Positions 9,136 to 18,748 of a stretch of DNA of 59,497 nucleotides are shown here, one piece after another. The translations under genes and the position numbers were made by a program. Each line of letters starts with the position of its first letter. The stretch's first letter is position 1. The stretch is from Candidatus Scatosoma sp. (GTDB taxonomy: Bacteria; Bacillota; Clostridia; Christensenellales; Borkfalkiaceae). Location: assembly GCA_045632625.1 (NCBI GenBank), contig JAZQWZ010000032.1:1-59497 (forward strand). Reading direction: 5' to 3'. The notes under the pieces are model-generated. The model made no database searches. It saw only the letters and a program-made list of their open reading frames with translations, and had not been told where the DNA came from.

Positions 9136-9195
9136 TGGTGCGGTCGACAGGAATTGAAGACGCCGATCCACCTAAAAAGTCCTTTATTTATAAGG
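9105..9195 (-). repeat. att-like pseudo-tRNA block, copy 1
   Basis: Terminator hairpin (9105-9135), 23-mer tggtgcggtcgacaggaattgaa (9136-9158), N22, then 15-mer cctttatttataagg (9181-9195). Confidence 0.7.
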
Positions 9196-9426
9196 CATTC
9201 GTCAACTGAACGCCAAAGTGGACGCCAAAAATTTCTTCCCATAGACTAGTCTCAACCCTTAATAAGCTTCTTAAAAATAAATAAAATTCTTTGATTATTA
9301 AATCTCATTAAAAACAATTAAATGAAAACAACATAGAACTATGGTTTCATTTTCAAAAGCTGTATCCGTTAAGACTTTTTCAAATAAAACACAACTTTTG
9401 GGGACCCGAAAGTTGTGTTTTATTTA

Positions 9427-10098
9427 TTATTGAAAGCAAATTCTCTCTATTTCTTCTAAAGGCAATATCCCACTTTTAATTATCATTTCTTTGTTTAAAA
9501 AATCTATTAATGCTTGGGCTTTACTTCCTTCGTGATAAGTAGCACCTGCCATTCTAAAAATCTTCTTCATCTTGGTTTTTCCTTTCCCGCCTGAAGGAAT
9601 CTGGTCTACTGTTAAAGCTGGAACCTTCCCCAAAAAACCGCAAATCCCCTCAATGTCTGTCAACAAAACATCTTCAATGTCAGCTTTTGCTGCCATGTCA
9701 ACTACCGTTATAGTTTTCTTTTTAGTTAAGTTTTCCCGAAATATTTTCCAATCGTCTTGATAAAATTTACTAATATCCGCTTCATGTGAATCTGTATCGT
9801 AACATAAAAATACCGTCCACGACATCTTTTTGGGAAATTGTTTAACACAAGAATTATTAAACCAATTGGCTGAATGGGTAATTTGCGTTACAGTGCCAAC
9901 ACAATTGCTTTTCACCAAAATCCTTCTTCCATTTCCAATTAACTCATAATAAATACCTGCACCCAAGTCAGTATCTATTTTTTCCAACCGCACCCCATAT
10001 TTATCACAAAAATATTGAAGCAACGAAAAATAGAAGATTTTTTCTGTTTCACCTTCAAAAATGAAAGCTATGCCTTTATCGTATAAACACTCATCCAT
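9427..10098 (-). CDS. Toprim-like small protein (RloB / DUF4276 / DUF4435-type partner of AAA ATPases)
   Basis: N-terminal IAFIFEGETEKIFY (Toprim glutamate motif) and later CYDTD (DxD). The start lies 3 nt downstream of the ATPase stop. Confidence 0.5.
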   Translation of the reverse strand: MDECLYDKGIAFIFEGETEKIFYFSLLQYFCDKYGVRLEKIDTDLGAGIYYELIGNGRRILVKSNCVGTVTQITHSANWFNNSCVKQFPKKMSWTVFLCYDTDSHEADISKFYQDDWKIFRENLTKKKTITVVDMAAKADIEDVLLTDIEGICGFLGKVPALTVDQIPSGGKGKTKMKKIFRMAGATYHEGSKAQALIDFLNKEMIIKSGILPLEEIERICFQ

Positions 10099-10101
10099 TT
10101 A

Positions 10102-11424
10102 TTATTCTCCTAAAAATTTCCTCAAGAAGAATAAAGAATCTTCACCACCCGATAAAAGTTCAAATATATATTCCCCGACTGACATACCCATACCACGAGC
10201 AGAGTCCAGAAGAGCTTTTTGTTTACTATTTCCTTTTACCTTTTTAAAGTTCGCCACCCCATCACAAGAAGGGTTACCAATATAAATTTGATCCATTTTT
10301 AAATATTGAATCAAATAGGGGGAATGACTAGAGATTATAAGTTTGCAATCGTCCAATGTTTCATTAAGCACTTCCAATAATTTCTTTAATAATTTTGGAT
10401 GAATGCTACTCTCCAATTCTTCAATTCCTATACAAGAAACATTAGTGCAACTTGAAACAAACACATTTGTTAAAAGCCAAAAAATTCTTTTGGTACCAGT
10501 TGACATTAAAGAAATATTCAATGGCTGGTTTAACGTCGTGCTATAGACAATCAATCTATACATTTCATCTCGAATATGAAATGGAATTTCAGCAGGGTCC
10601 GCACTCTCTTGTCCCCCATTATCAGCAACATACATACGAATCTTAGGATCTTCTTTTTTAAGTTCATACATTTGAACATCAATATCATAAAATTCAGGAA
10701 ATAAATTAAATACTGCTTCCTTAAATAATTCGTATTTTTCTTTATACTGTTCCTTCAAAAAATATAATGCACGCGGAACATCTTCGTCATCAAATTGAAT
10801 CGTGTGATCTTCATCGTGTACAAGTTCAATTGGAGACGCTTGAAAGCGGTCATGCAAATCCAATGACGTGCAAATTCTATATTCAAAATTTCTTATCTCT
10901 TCAATTACTTCAGAGTATTCCAAATCACTAACCGATGATAAAACATCTATAGCCAATTGAGAATCGTCAAACTTTAAATTTCTTAAAGCAGTTGTCGAGT
11001 TTCCACGTCTATATTTTCCTTCGTTTCTTTTTAAATAAGACGCGTAGCGGTTGTGATCAGTTGAATGCATATCTATCCATTCATCTAATATTTTTTGTCC
11101 AGCGCCATCATCCTTATACCAAGAAAAAGAGAACCCGTAACGCACATATTCGTAACCCTTAATATCGGGGGTTTCAAATTCCATTTCAAATTTAAAGTTT
11201 TTGCTTTCTAATGTCTTGGTTAAAGGAATCCCCCTAACCCAGCTCATCATCGTTTTTCTTTTCTTGATACTTGCTGTTATAAAGTCTGTAGCAAAAGATA
11301 GTGCTTCTAACAAATTGGATTTACCATAATTGTTTGGGGACACTATAGCTATCATTTTATCCAAATCTAAAGCTATATCTTCTAAGTTTTTAAAGCCACC
11401 TATTGTTAGTTTTTTTACTTTCAT
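10102..11424 (-). CDS. ABC/SMC-like AAA_15/AAA_21-family ATPase (defence-associated type)
   Basis: The start is trimmed to MKVKKLTIGGFKN (ATG 11424, AAGGAGA upstream). Walker A SPNNYGKSN, Walker B CIGIEELESSIHP, and SSHSP near the C-terminus. Confidence 0.7.
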   Translation of the reverse strand: MKVKKLTIGGFKNLEDIALDLDKMIAIVSPNNYGKSNLLEALSFATDFITASIKKRKTMMSWVRGIPLTKTLESKNFKFEMEFETPDIKGYEYVRYGFSFSWYKDDGAGQKILDEWIDMHSTDHNRYASYLKRNEGKYRRGNSTTALRNLKFDDSQLAIDVLSSVSDLEYSEVIEEIRNFEYRICTSLDLHDRFQASPIELVHDEDHTIQFDDEDVPRALYFLKEQYKEKYELFKEAVFNLFPEFYDIDVQMYELKKEDPKIRMYVADNGGQESADPAEIPFHIRDEMYRLIVYSTTLNQPLNISLMSTGTKRIFWLLTNVFVSSCTNVSCIGIEELESSIHPKLLKKLLEVLNETLDDCKLIISSHSPYLIQYLKMDQIYIGNPSCDGVANFKKVKGNSKQKALLDSARGMGMSVGEYIFELLSGGEDSLFFLRKFLGE

Positions 11425-11624
11425 TTTGTTTCTCCTTAACACATATATAATAACATATATTTTTTTTAAAATCAACCAATTTTATATATTATATTTTTAA
11501 TTAAGCATATTTTTGACAATATTTCAATTAGAAATACACTTTTGGGTAAATTTTAAATTTTTCTATATTTAATCCATATATTAAATATTTCCTAAAAACG
11601 TCATCAAACAATCCGCTAAATTAT

Positions 11625-12035
11625 ATGAATGACAATATTTTGTGCTCTGTTGTTATTCAAAATAAAACAGCCGGGAAAATTATTATGATGAAAACAGAAA
11701 AAACTACAAGCATATTAACCAAAGAATTAGAAACTTTAACAGACACCCAACTCCACGATTTATTTACCTTTTTCTATAAGTTAAATAATCAACACGGCAA
11801 CATTATTACAACTGAGAAGTTCGATGAATTTTTACGCTCGTTCGAACGCAATCCTTTTCGTCCAAACTTCGACCCCTCATTTAGAAAACAACTCATACAA
11901 AACTTCATCGCCTACACCGACGACCACATGAGTTTAATCACCGCCGTTATATTACTTAAACAACAGTTTTCTACCGAAGAAATTATAGATAATTACTATT
12001 CTAACGTTGACGTTTTTTGCAACGATTTATTTTAA
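11625..12035 (+). CDS. Hypothetical protein
   Basis: 136-aa ORF with no recognisable motif. The start is uncertain (an internal MMKTEK is possible). Confidence 0.35.
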   Translation: MNDNILCSVVIQNKTAGKIIMMKTEKTTSILTKELETLTDTQLHDLFTFFYKLNNQHGNIITTEKFDEFLRSFERNPFRPNFDPSFRKQLIQNFIAYTDDHMSLITAVILLKQQFSTEEIIDNYYSNVDVFCNDLF

Positions 12036-12167
12036 CCACCCAACAACGTATTGATAGCACAAAATGTCAATACTCTGTTATTATGAAAAGGACCGCCGTT
12101 TTTCATCAAACGACAGTCCTTTTATTTTTCTATAACCTAAAATCTCACCACCATGTATGTACTCTCC

Positions 12168-13376
12168 TTAAAACTCAAACTGCACCAAATCCATTTGGTC
12201 GCTCATGAATTTATCAGGGAAATGGGTATAAACACGACCAACCAAACGCTCAGAACTATCCCCCATCCAAGTATCCACGATATCGGGGCGAACGTACAGC
12301 GTACAAGTCGTAGCGAAAGTATGACGCAAGAAGTATTGCGTAACTTCTTTATCCTGCATTACTCTCTTAAAAACACGGTTCAAGGTATCTAACGCACAAT
12401 CACATTCAATCGGTTCATTGACGTTGATATATTTACGCGCTTGTTTAGGAATCGGGATTTTTTTATAGACCTTATTCCCTTCTGCCGTTTTATGCTTTGC
12501 GTTCAAAACGATAAGAAAATCGCTGTCGAAACGAGCTTCTGTCAGTTCAAACGGGCGCAACCCGAAATAATATTGTAACAGCAACAACTTACGATACGGA
12601 TCAAACTCTGGCAAGAAAATTCTATTATGAAAAGTTTGTTGTTCTTCAATCGTCAAAGCACGACGTGTTTCGCGTTTAATCTTCTTAAATTTAATGGCTT
12701 GCATGGGGTTATAAGTAATCTCACCGTTCGCAATCGCATAATTCATAATCCCCTTCAAAATCGTTTGTAAAGTCTCTACAACTCGACCATGGTAGGCATC
12801 AATGATTTGTTTTAAGTCATTTGTAGTAATACTCGTAATCTTTCGTTCGCCTAAAATTGGGATAATACGGCTTTCGCAATTCATAACGTAATCACGATGC
12901 GTTCTTGAATCAATCGTACCGTTTTTAGACGCAAGCCAATCTCTAGCAATCTTTTCAAAACTGTGTTTCGCGGCTCCCTTCTTATTAATACGATACTTGT
13001 CGATATTTTTAGCCGAAGTTGCCTCGATAAAGCGTTCTTTCGCTTTCTCCATCGTATTGCCCGATACAACGATATTATACTCCCCTCTACGATAACGAAT
13101 AAGAAAAATGGTACAATTTTTACTGCGTTGACGCTTAAGAACATGCGCCGCTAATCCATTGCTGATGAATTCCGTCTTAAACGTTTTAGACATTCTATTC
13201 AGCTCCTTTTTTGTAAAAGTAATCTCACACGAAACGGACTTTTCAGGCTCAAAGTCGCTACCTTTCGATTGCGCTAAAAGACCACTGATAAATAATCCGA
13301 TTCGTTCGGTAGCATCTGGCATAGATGCGAGTGCTTGGATATAATTAGATGCAATTTGCAATTCCGCTGTCGTCAT
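12168..13376 (-). CDS. Tyrosine recombinase/integrase (copy A)
   Basis: C-terminal box ..YFLRHTFATTC..WMGDSSERLVGRVYTHF (HxxR and catalytic Y). It is a paralogue of the integrase at 36354-37568. GGAGGAC RBS. Confidence 0.88.
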   Translation of the reverse strand: MTTAELQIASNYIQALASMPDATERIGLFISGLLAQSKGSDFEPEKSVSCEITFTKKELNRMSKTFKTEFISNGLAAHVLKRQRSKNCTIFLIRYRRGEYNIVVSGNTMEKAKERFIEATSAKNIDKYRINKKGAAKHSFEKIARDWLASKNGTIDSRTHRDYVMNCESRIIPILGERKITSITTNDLKQIIDAYHGRVVETLQTILKGIMNYAIANGEITYNPMQAIKFKKIKRETRRALTIEEQQTFHNRIFLPEFDPYRKLLLLQYYFGLRPFELTEARFDSDFLIVLNAKHKTAEGNKVYKKIPIPKQARKYINVNEPIECDCALDTLNRVFKRVMQDKEVTQYFLRHTFATTCTLYVRPDIVDTWMGDSSERLVGRVYTHFPDKFMSDQMDLVQFEF

Positions 13377-14141
13377 TGTCCTCCTTTGTGAAAATTTTGG
13401 TCAGCTTCCCCGTCGGGAAACATAAACGCGTTTACTTTTACCGAATTTTCTACTACCTTTCAAGCCGAAAAAGAAATTTACTTGAAAGTGCGCATTTTTT
13501 ATCCGATCAGCAAACCTACCGCTAATCCTTATTTTATCGCAAAAAACGTCTTCCGCGAACCGTTATCACAAACAAAACAAGAAAATTCGCCCAACCTTTG
13601 CAATCACGATATTTCTTACCAATATATAATAAAAAACTACGCACTATATAATACAGTACGTAGCCATAAATTTTAATAACATTTTTGAAAATAAATTAGA
13701 AAAATTTTTATTTATTTTTTACCTTATCCATTCCATCATAATGCTTTAATTAAAACCTACAACAAACTCCACACGAAACAATTTATCTCACCGCTTATAT
13801 TTTCCTTAACCCTATTATTTCGCTTCATAAAACGCAAAATAAAGCCACCATGTACGCATTCACGCTTATACCTTCTCCCGCCCCTTCCTATCCCCAATCG
13901 TTCAATTTTTGAACGACTTTTTTATTTTTACTTAATTTACTCAAGATTATATAATAGTTTTTACTGAAAAGTATAGTCTAAAGCTTTTAGCTTTAGATTA
14001 TATAAATATTATTAATTTATTATTATTCTTTATTATTATTTATGTCTAATATTTGAACTACATAAGCCCGAAAATTAAACGACTATCATTTGATGTTTAA
14101 ACCATATACGTCCAAAAATCAAACTATCATTTTACGCACCA

Positions 14142-14531
14142 TCAAAACGAAAATCCTTCAAATTTTCGTCCTTCAACCTCACCATTATCCGCAATAAACT
14201 CTTGATACAGCTTATGAACCACCCCCATATCAAACTTAAAGTATCGTTTCTTCGGCATTCCATGTTGCTTTACCTTAATAATACCATACGCTACAAGTTC
14301 TTTACACGCCACTAACTGTTGGTGTTTACTCAAACCTGTATTGTAATACATATTTTCCACCGTACTATAAAACCATCCACCCTGCTGCAATTCGTTTCGT
14401 TCTTTCCAATATGTATATTCAGAATAAATTTCTGATAACATAACCGCTGTATTCAGATTAAACTTTCGAATCAATGGTCTAGGCAATCTTAAAAAATCGT
14501 TTTGAAACATTTTATCCAATTTGCTTTTCAT
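14142..14531 (-). CDS. Hypothetical small protein, possibly a winged-helix DNA-binding/replication-organiser type
   Basis: 129 aa. The ..LSKHQQLVACKELVAYGIIKVKQHGMPKKRYFKF.. segment looks like a wHTH. The assignment is weak. Confidence 0.35.
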   Translation of the reverse strand: MKSKLDKMFQNDFLRLPRPLIRKFNLNTAVMLSEIYSEYTYWKERNELQQGGWFYSTVENMYYNTGLSKHQQLVACKELVAYGIIKVKQHGMPKKRYFKFDMGVVHKLYQEFIADNGEVEGRKFEGFSF

Positions 14532-14700
14532 TTATATTTTCTTTAGTCTCCTATATATGCTAAATTAATTGAATGGGTTCTAAAAGCCCCACTTCTACAC
14601 ATATAATAGTTTCTTTATTAATCATTTTTTTACCTCGTATAAATTTATTTTTTCTTCGGGCTGTAACGTTTTTGGTGTTACAGCCCGTTTGTTTTGTTCA

Positions 14701-15462
14701 TCAAAAGATAAAACCTTGAAAAGTTCCCACTTTATCATCAAACGGATTCATATCAAGCTTTTCTTCGCAATAAAGCGCAAACTCTAAATAGTCGCGTGCC
14801 ATTTTATCATTATAATAGTACATCATCTTTGCCAAATGCCCCGCCATCACATTATGCCTATCAAGCTGACCTACCAATGTGTCCGCAATCGTCTTCAAAC
14901 AAAGATTTTCAATAAAGTGCGATGGGTTTTGTGACACCCGTTGAGAAGGATCCGGATTCTCATCAGCGTAACACAATTCAAGGTCTACGAATGACCTATT
15001 GTCATCACTGAAAAAGTAATACTCGCCCGTTTCTTTGTTTTTCAATGTGATAACAGCAATTAAGAAGTTCTTCATTTGTTCTTTATCAAGCTGATATACG
15101 TATTTCCGCAGAAGCTCTTTATCGTATTCTTCCTCAAAATCTAGAGTCTTCAGTTGAGCTGTATAATATTTCCAGTTAAAGCAATCCTTTACAAGATAGC
15201 TACCAAGCTTTGCGATAGCACTTCTATTACAATCCCTAAGAGCAAACATCCCATTATATTCCTTATACTCAGAAAGCCCTGATTGTTCCCCGCGCTCCAC
15301 CATATCGTTAAGCATAAACATAAACCTCTCCGTATCTTCAGGCTTTACGTAATAATAAGCATGCATCAATGCCACCAATACTTCATCCGACGAGAAATAC
15401 ATAGAGTCACTTTCTGTAGTTGCAACTTTTTCAATGATATTTAATACTTTTTCTGTCTTCAT
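14701..15462 (-). CDS. Hypothetical protein
   Basis: 253-aa ORF with an AGGAGG RBS and no motif recognised. Confidence 0.55.
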   Translation of the reverse strand: MKTEKVLNIIEKVATTESDSMYFSSDEVLVALMHAYYYVKPEDTERFMFMLNDMVERGEQSGLSEYKEYNGMFALRDCNRSAIAKLGSYLVKDCFNWKYYTAQLKTLDFEEEYDKELLRKYVYQLDKEQMKNFLIAVITLKNKETGEYYFFSDDNRSFVDLELCYADENPDPSQRVSQNPSHFIENLCLKTIADTLVGQLDRHNVMAGHLAKMMYYYNDKMARDYLEFALYCEEKLDMNPFDDKVGTFQGFIF

Positions 15463-15604
15463 ATAAAAGACCTCCTTTAAAATTTATTTTTTTCGCCTTA
15501 CCCCGGCTAGGGTTGTATTAAATAAAAATGCCATTTTCTAATCAAAACCATCGGTTCGGCTTGCTTTACGAATCATTTTCATAACACTTTTCCTTGAATG
15601 CGCA

Positions 15605-16126
15605 TTAAAAATCAAAGCCGTTAAATACTCTAGCAGGATATCCCGTCGGAATTTGCGCCCCAGGATAACAAGTTCTAGAAGTATTGATACTATCGTAAAT
15701 CGCAAGTCCATTGCCCATCGCAGAAGGCTTGTCCTCCCACGCCGGTAATCGTTCTTGTTGCGCTCTGTTGAGGCAAAATACCACTCTTGCCATCATACGA
15801 CCTTCATACTCGGCGTGTTTTACTCGCACGGCCCCCGTTTTTCCAACCCATGCATCAAAGCTTTGACACTCGTTATAATTAATATTAAAGGAATGGAAGA
15901 ACTCTCCAAGTCGTTGGTTCGTTTTTCTTTCATCCATAGGGTCCAGCCAAATGTGATACCACAATTTGTTGTTGTGTCCGCTTACGTCAAGCGTAATTTC
16001 ATAACAAGCCTTACCTGACGCATACGATTTATATTCGGCATTAGCGACACGCACACGGTAATCGCCCTCATTGATGGGCTTAAAGTTCTTTTCGCTATAT
16101 TGTTCAGGGTTATATGTCCATTGCAT
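15605..16126 (-). CDS. Hypothetical phage-associated protein (DUF669-like pattern)
   Basis: The N-terminal ..PINEGDYRVRVANAEYKSYASGKACYEITLDV.. resembles the DUF669 pattern found in prophages. AGGAGA RBS. Confidence 0.4.
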   Translation of the reverse strand: MQWTYNPEQYSEKNFKPINEGDYRVRVANAEYKSYASGKACYEITLDVSGHNNKLWYHIWLDPMDERKTNQRLGEFFHSFNINYNECQSFDAWVGKTGAVRVKHAEYEGRMMARVVFCLNRAQQERLPAWEDKPSAMGNGLAIYDSINTSRTCYPGAQIPTGYPARVFNGFDF

Positions 16127-16382
16127 ATTAAGTGAATCTCCTTTTTGTTATTTTTTTAATTGGACTTTCTCAATTTCATTTTTAATTGCCGCCTACCGCA
16201 CGGCGATTTGTTCATTGCACTTTAATTAAAGTAAATTGCAAATCACTCAACCAAACTTGTCCGCGCAAACTTTTTTATTTAATAATCGCATAATTAGACC
16301 TCCCAATTTTTATCAACACTCTATAATACGGTACTTTTTAATCGATTTTTGCATTGTCGCGCAATTTTTATAAATTTTATAT

Positions 16383-16772
16383 TCAATTCACACGAAGATT
16401 GATAACTAACGCAGGTTGAACGTAATTTTTTCCATTTGTCTCAACGTATTCCACCCCAACTGCATATTTATTAAAAACGTAATCGTTATCCGTCGTTTTG
16501 AACATTACCTTAATCATATCAATTCCTTTAGAGGTGGTCGCTTCAATTTTTTCAACCACCACCCCGATTGCGCGAGTCAATTTATGGTATTTTCCATTGT
16601 TATTAATAAGGTTACGGTTTTCTTTAATAGCCTTATCTAACGCCTTAGCGTACTTCGTATTGCCCTTAACGAATCGTGACGGACCTACATTATAAATATA
16701 AAACGCGCACGTGTCGCCAAGAGCATAGGTAGAAATAGAGTTACGAGAATCATAGTTTTTAATTTTGGTCAT
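16383..16772 (-). CDS. Hypothetical protein
   Basis: The ORF is trimmed to MTKIKNYDS (ATG 16772, GGAGGG upstream). Confidence 0.5.
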   Translation of the reverse strand: MTKIKNYDSRNSISTYALGDTCAFYIYNVGPSRFVKGNTKYAKALDKAIKENRNLINNNGKYHKLTRAIGVVVEKIEATTSKGIDMIKVMFKTTDNDYVFNKYAVGVEYVETNGKNYVQPALVINLRVN

Positions 16773-16869
16773 TTTTTGAACCCTCCGTTTAAAAATTTTT
16801 ATATCATTGATGGTGATTACCATTAATTTCAACGTTCATTTCGTTCGTGTCTTTATTATCGCATATTCA

Positions 16870-17595
16870 TCAATCCAAATCCGCGATTGACAATCCGTTT
16901 TTGATTAATCGAATGTTTTTTCTCTTTTCATAAACAGCTTTTGATTGTAATGAACTGTGTGCCAAACCTACGCCTTCTTCCAGATACTGAAAGTTTGATA
17001 ATTTCATTCTAATGGTTCCTTTGCCGTGATTGTAAAATCCATGATCTTTAAGAATTTGAAGCAGCTCGGGAATTTTTCTAAAACTATCCTTACCATGTTG
17101 AGAGTAAAAATCATAAACCAATTCATCTTCGGTAAGCTCCCATTCTTCAAATACCCTATTAAACCTAAGGCCATATCTATTAGCTATTGCAAGAATACTA
17201 ACTCTACTTCTATTATTTAGTCTTTTACAAACATCCGAACCTTCATCAGCATAGTATTGTTTTACAATATCGATTTCTTTTTGAGTCCACATAATATTAT
17301 CTTTATTTATTAATCCCAACGATTTACCTTTAGATACGATTGCACAATAAGTACGGTTGGGTAATAATTCTTGTAACTTATAAGGGCCCAAATCATAGTA
17401 GTTGGCCTTTAAGATGTTAAGTTCATTGTCCGTCCAATCCCCATTATCACAAAGTCCTAATTTATGTGCTTTTGCCACGATTCCCGTATACGATCTACCC
17501 GGCAACATCTTCATTAGCGCTGTCGGTCCTAAAGCGTAATACTTCTTTAAAGTTTTTACTTCAATGCTTGTCCATTTTTTACTAATTTGTCCCAT
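16870..17595 (-). CDS. DNA-binding protein with three SANT/Myb-like repeats
   Basis: Three ~45-aa repeats: W(T)xxE...(K/N)YY..G......LP.R(S/T)Y..IV.K...LGL. The C-terminal ..TIRMKLSNFQYLEEGVGLAHSS.. domain is of unknown type. Confidence 0.5.
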   Translation of the reverse strand: MGQISKKWTSIEVKTLKKYYALGPTALMKMLPGRSYTGIVAKAHKLGLCDNGDWTDNELNILKANYYDLGPYKLQELLPNRTYCAIVSKGKSLGLINKDNIMWTQKEIDIVKQYYADEGSDVCKRLNNRSRVSILAIANRYGLRFNRVFEEWELTEDELVYDFYSQHGKDSFRKIPELLQILKDHGFYNHGKGTIRMKLSNFQYLEEGVGLAHSSLQSKAVYEKRKNIRLIKNGLSIADLD

Positions 17596-17808
17596 TTAGT
17601 TTTCCTCCAATGGTTTTATTTATAATATTGCACCCAACAACAAGTTTCACCTCATCGCCAACCGCACAGCTATTATAACATCTAAAAAACCATGATGTGC
17701 GGATTGCAAATCCGCATTTACACGCGTTACAACTTTTTTGCATAAAAAAAGATAAGCAGCATACAAACTACTTATCTTATAAATAAAATAATCCTTAATT
17801 TTTATTGA

Positions 17809-18555
17809 TTACAACGCAAAGAGTACTGGCGCCTTATTTTCATACAATTCAATGTCTATGCATGTAGGACTATAGATTCTATGTTCCAAACAAGCCTTAA
17901 CAATAACATCTGTCATAATCGCATTAGAGAAAAGATATCCTGCGCTTGCCAACAATTCCTCTGCTTCTTTCACCGTCAATTGCAACCCCACACACAATCT
18001 CATTACATTATCTTTTTTGACATTAACATATTTCCCTCGCAAAATCGAGGAAAACGTATCCGCCTTCATATAAATTTTTCTATACACATCCCTATTCTTC
18101 AACCCTTTCAAATCAAGATACTTTTGAAGCACCATCGGGAATGTTTGGTTAAAGTCTATTGTATGTAGATATGCAGTTAAAGCACTTGGACATTGACTCA
18201 AAGACAGCAAAGCCTGTGCCTCAGCGATTGTTTCAATCGCTATTTCCTCCAACTCATAGTTTGCCTTTATCTCTCTTTTAATAGCCAAACGATATTCCTG
18301 CATCTGACGGCTAGACAATTCAGCAATATCACGAACCTGTTGCGTTGCATAACGCGATTCTCCAGTACAGATCAATTCTTGATATTGCTTAGCGCGACGC
18401 AACACGATCTTCTCGCTTCTTGCTGTAAAGCCAGCCGCATGTAATCGATTCATCATCTCAGCAACCTCTTTATCACCAAGCCAACGATAACCCTCTTGTT
18501 CTACACAATACTTGCAAATAATATAATCTTCTTCAAAAGACCATCTTTGTGCCAT
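17809..18555 (-). CDS. Hypothetical regulator (N-terminal Myb-like W..EED motif, C-terminal HTH-like segment)
   Basis: MAQRWSFEEDYII.. and ..RDVYRKIYMKADTFSSILRGKYVNVKKDNVMRLCVGLQLTVKEAEELL.. AAGGAGA RBS. Confidence 0.45.
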   Translation of the reverse strand: MAQRWSFEEDYIICKYCVEQEGYRWLGDKEVAEMMNRLHAAGFTARSEKIVLRRAKQYQELICTGESRYATQQVRDIAELSSRQMQEYRLAIKREIKANYELEEIAIETIAEAQALLSLSQCPSALTAYLHTIDFNQTFPMVLQKYLDLKGLKNRDVYRKIYMKADTFSSILRGKYVNVKKDNVMRLCVGLQLTVKEAEELLASAGYLFSNAIMTDVIVKACLEHRIYSPTCIDIELYENKAPVLFAL

Positions 18556-18748
18556 AAACAGTTCTCCTTATGTTATAATATTCTATATTATAACATAAAA
18601 CGCTTTGAAAATCTAGTATTAAATGAAAGTTTCGCGAAGATTGTACCAAAAGTGCTGAAAATGATATACGAAACAGCTCAAAACACGACATAATATAAGT
18701 ATAAAAAGAAACTTTAGGTTCTTTAAATACAATTCAGGAAGGTATTTT

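Noticed and set aside
9136-9158. Possible tRNA genes at 9136, 26092 and 37831, where the minus strand ends in ...TTCAATTCCTGTCGACCGCACCA
   Set aside because: Only the 3' 23 nt look like a tRNA. The 5' T-stem strand, D-arm and 5' acceptor strand (gcggtcg) are absent in all three copies, and the putative anticodon loop ATAAATA is non-canonical. I treated them as att scars or pseudo-tRNA rather than RNA genes.
8728-9249. ORFs 8728-9249 (+) and 8991-9242 (-), and the similar ORFs 25805-26029, 25832-26059, 26062-26307, 37607-37819 and 37674-38126
   Set aside because: They run through the tandem units and att-like repeats. They have no RBS, and they repeat peptide strings only because the DNA is repeated (for example ..FNSCRPHQ.., ..LINKG..). 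I judged them non-coding.
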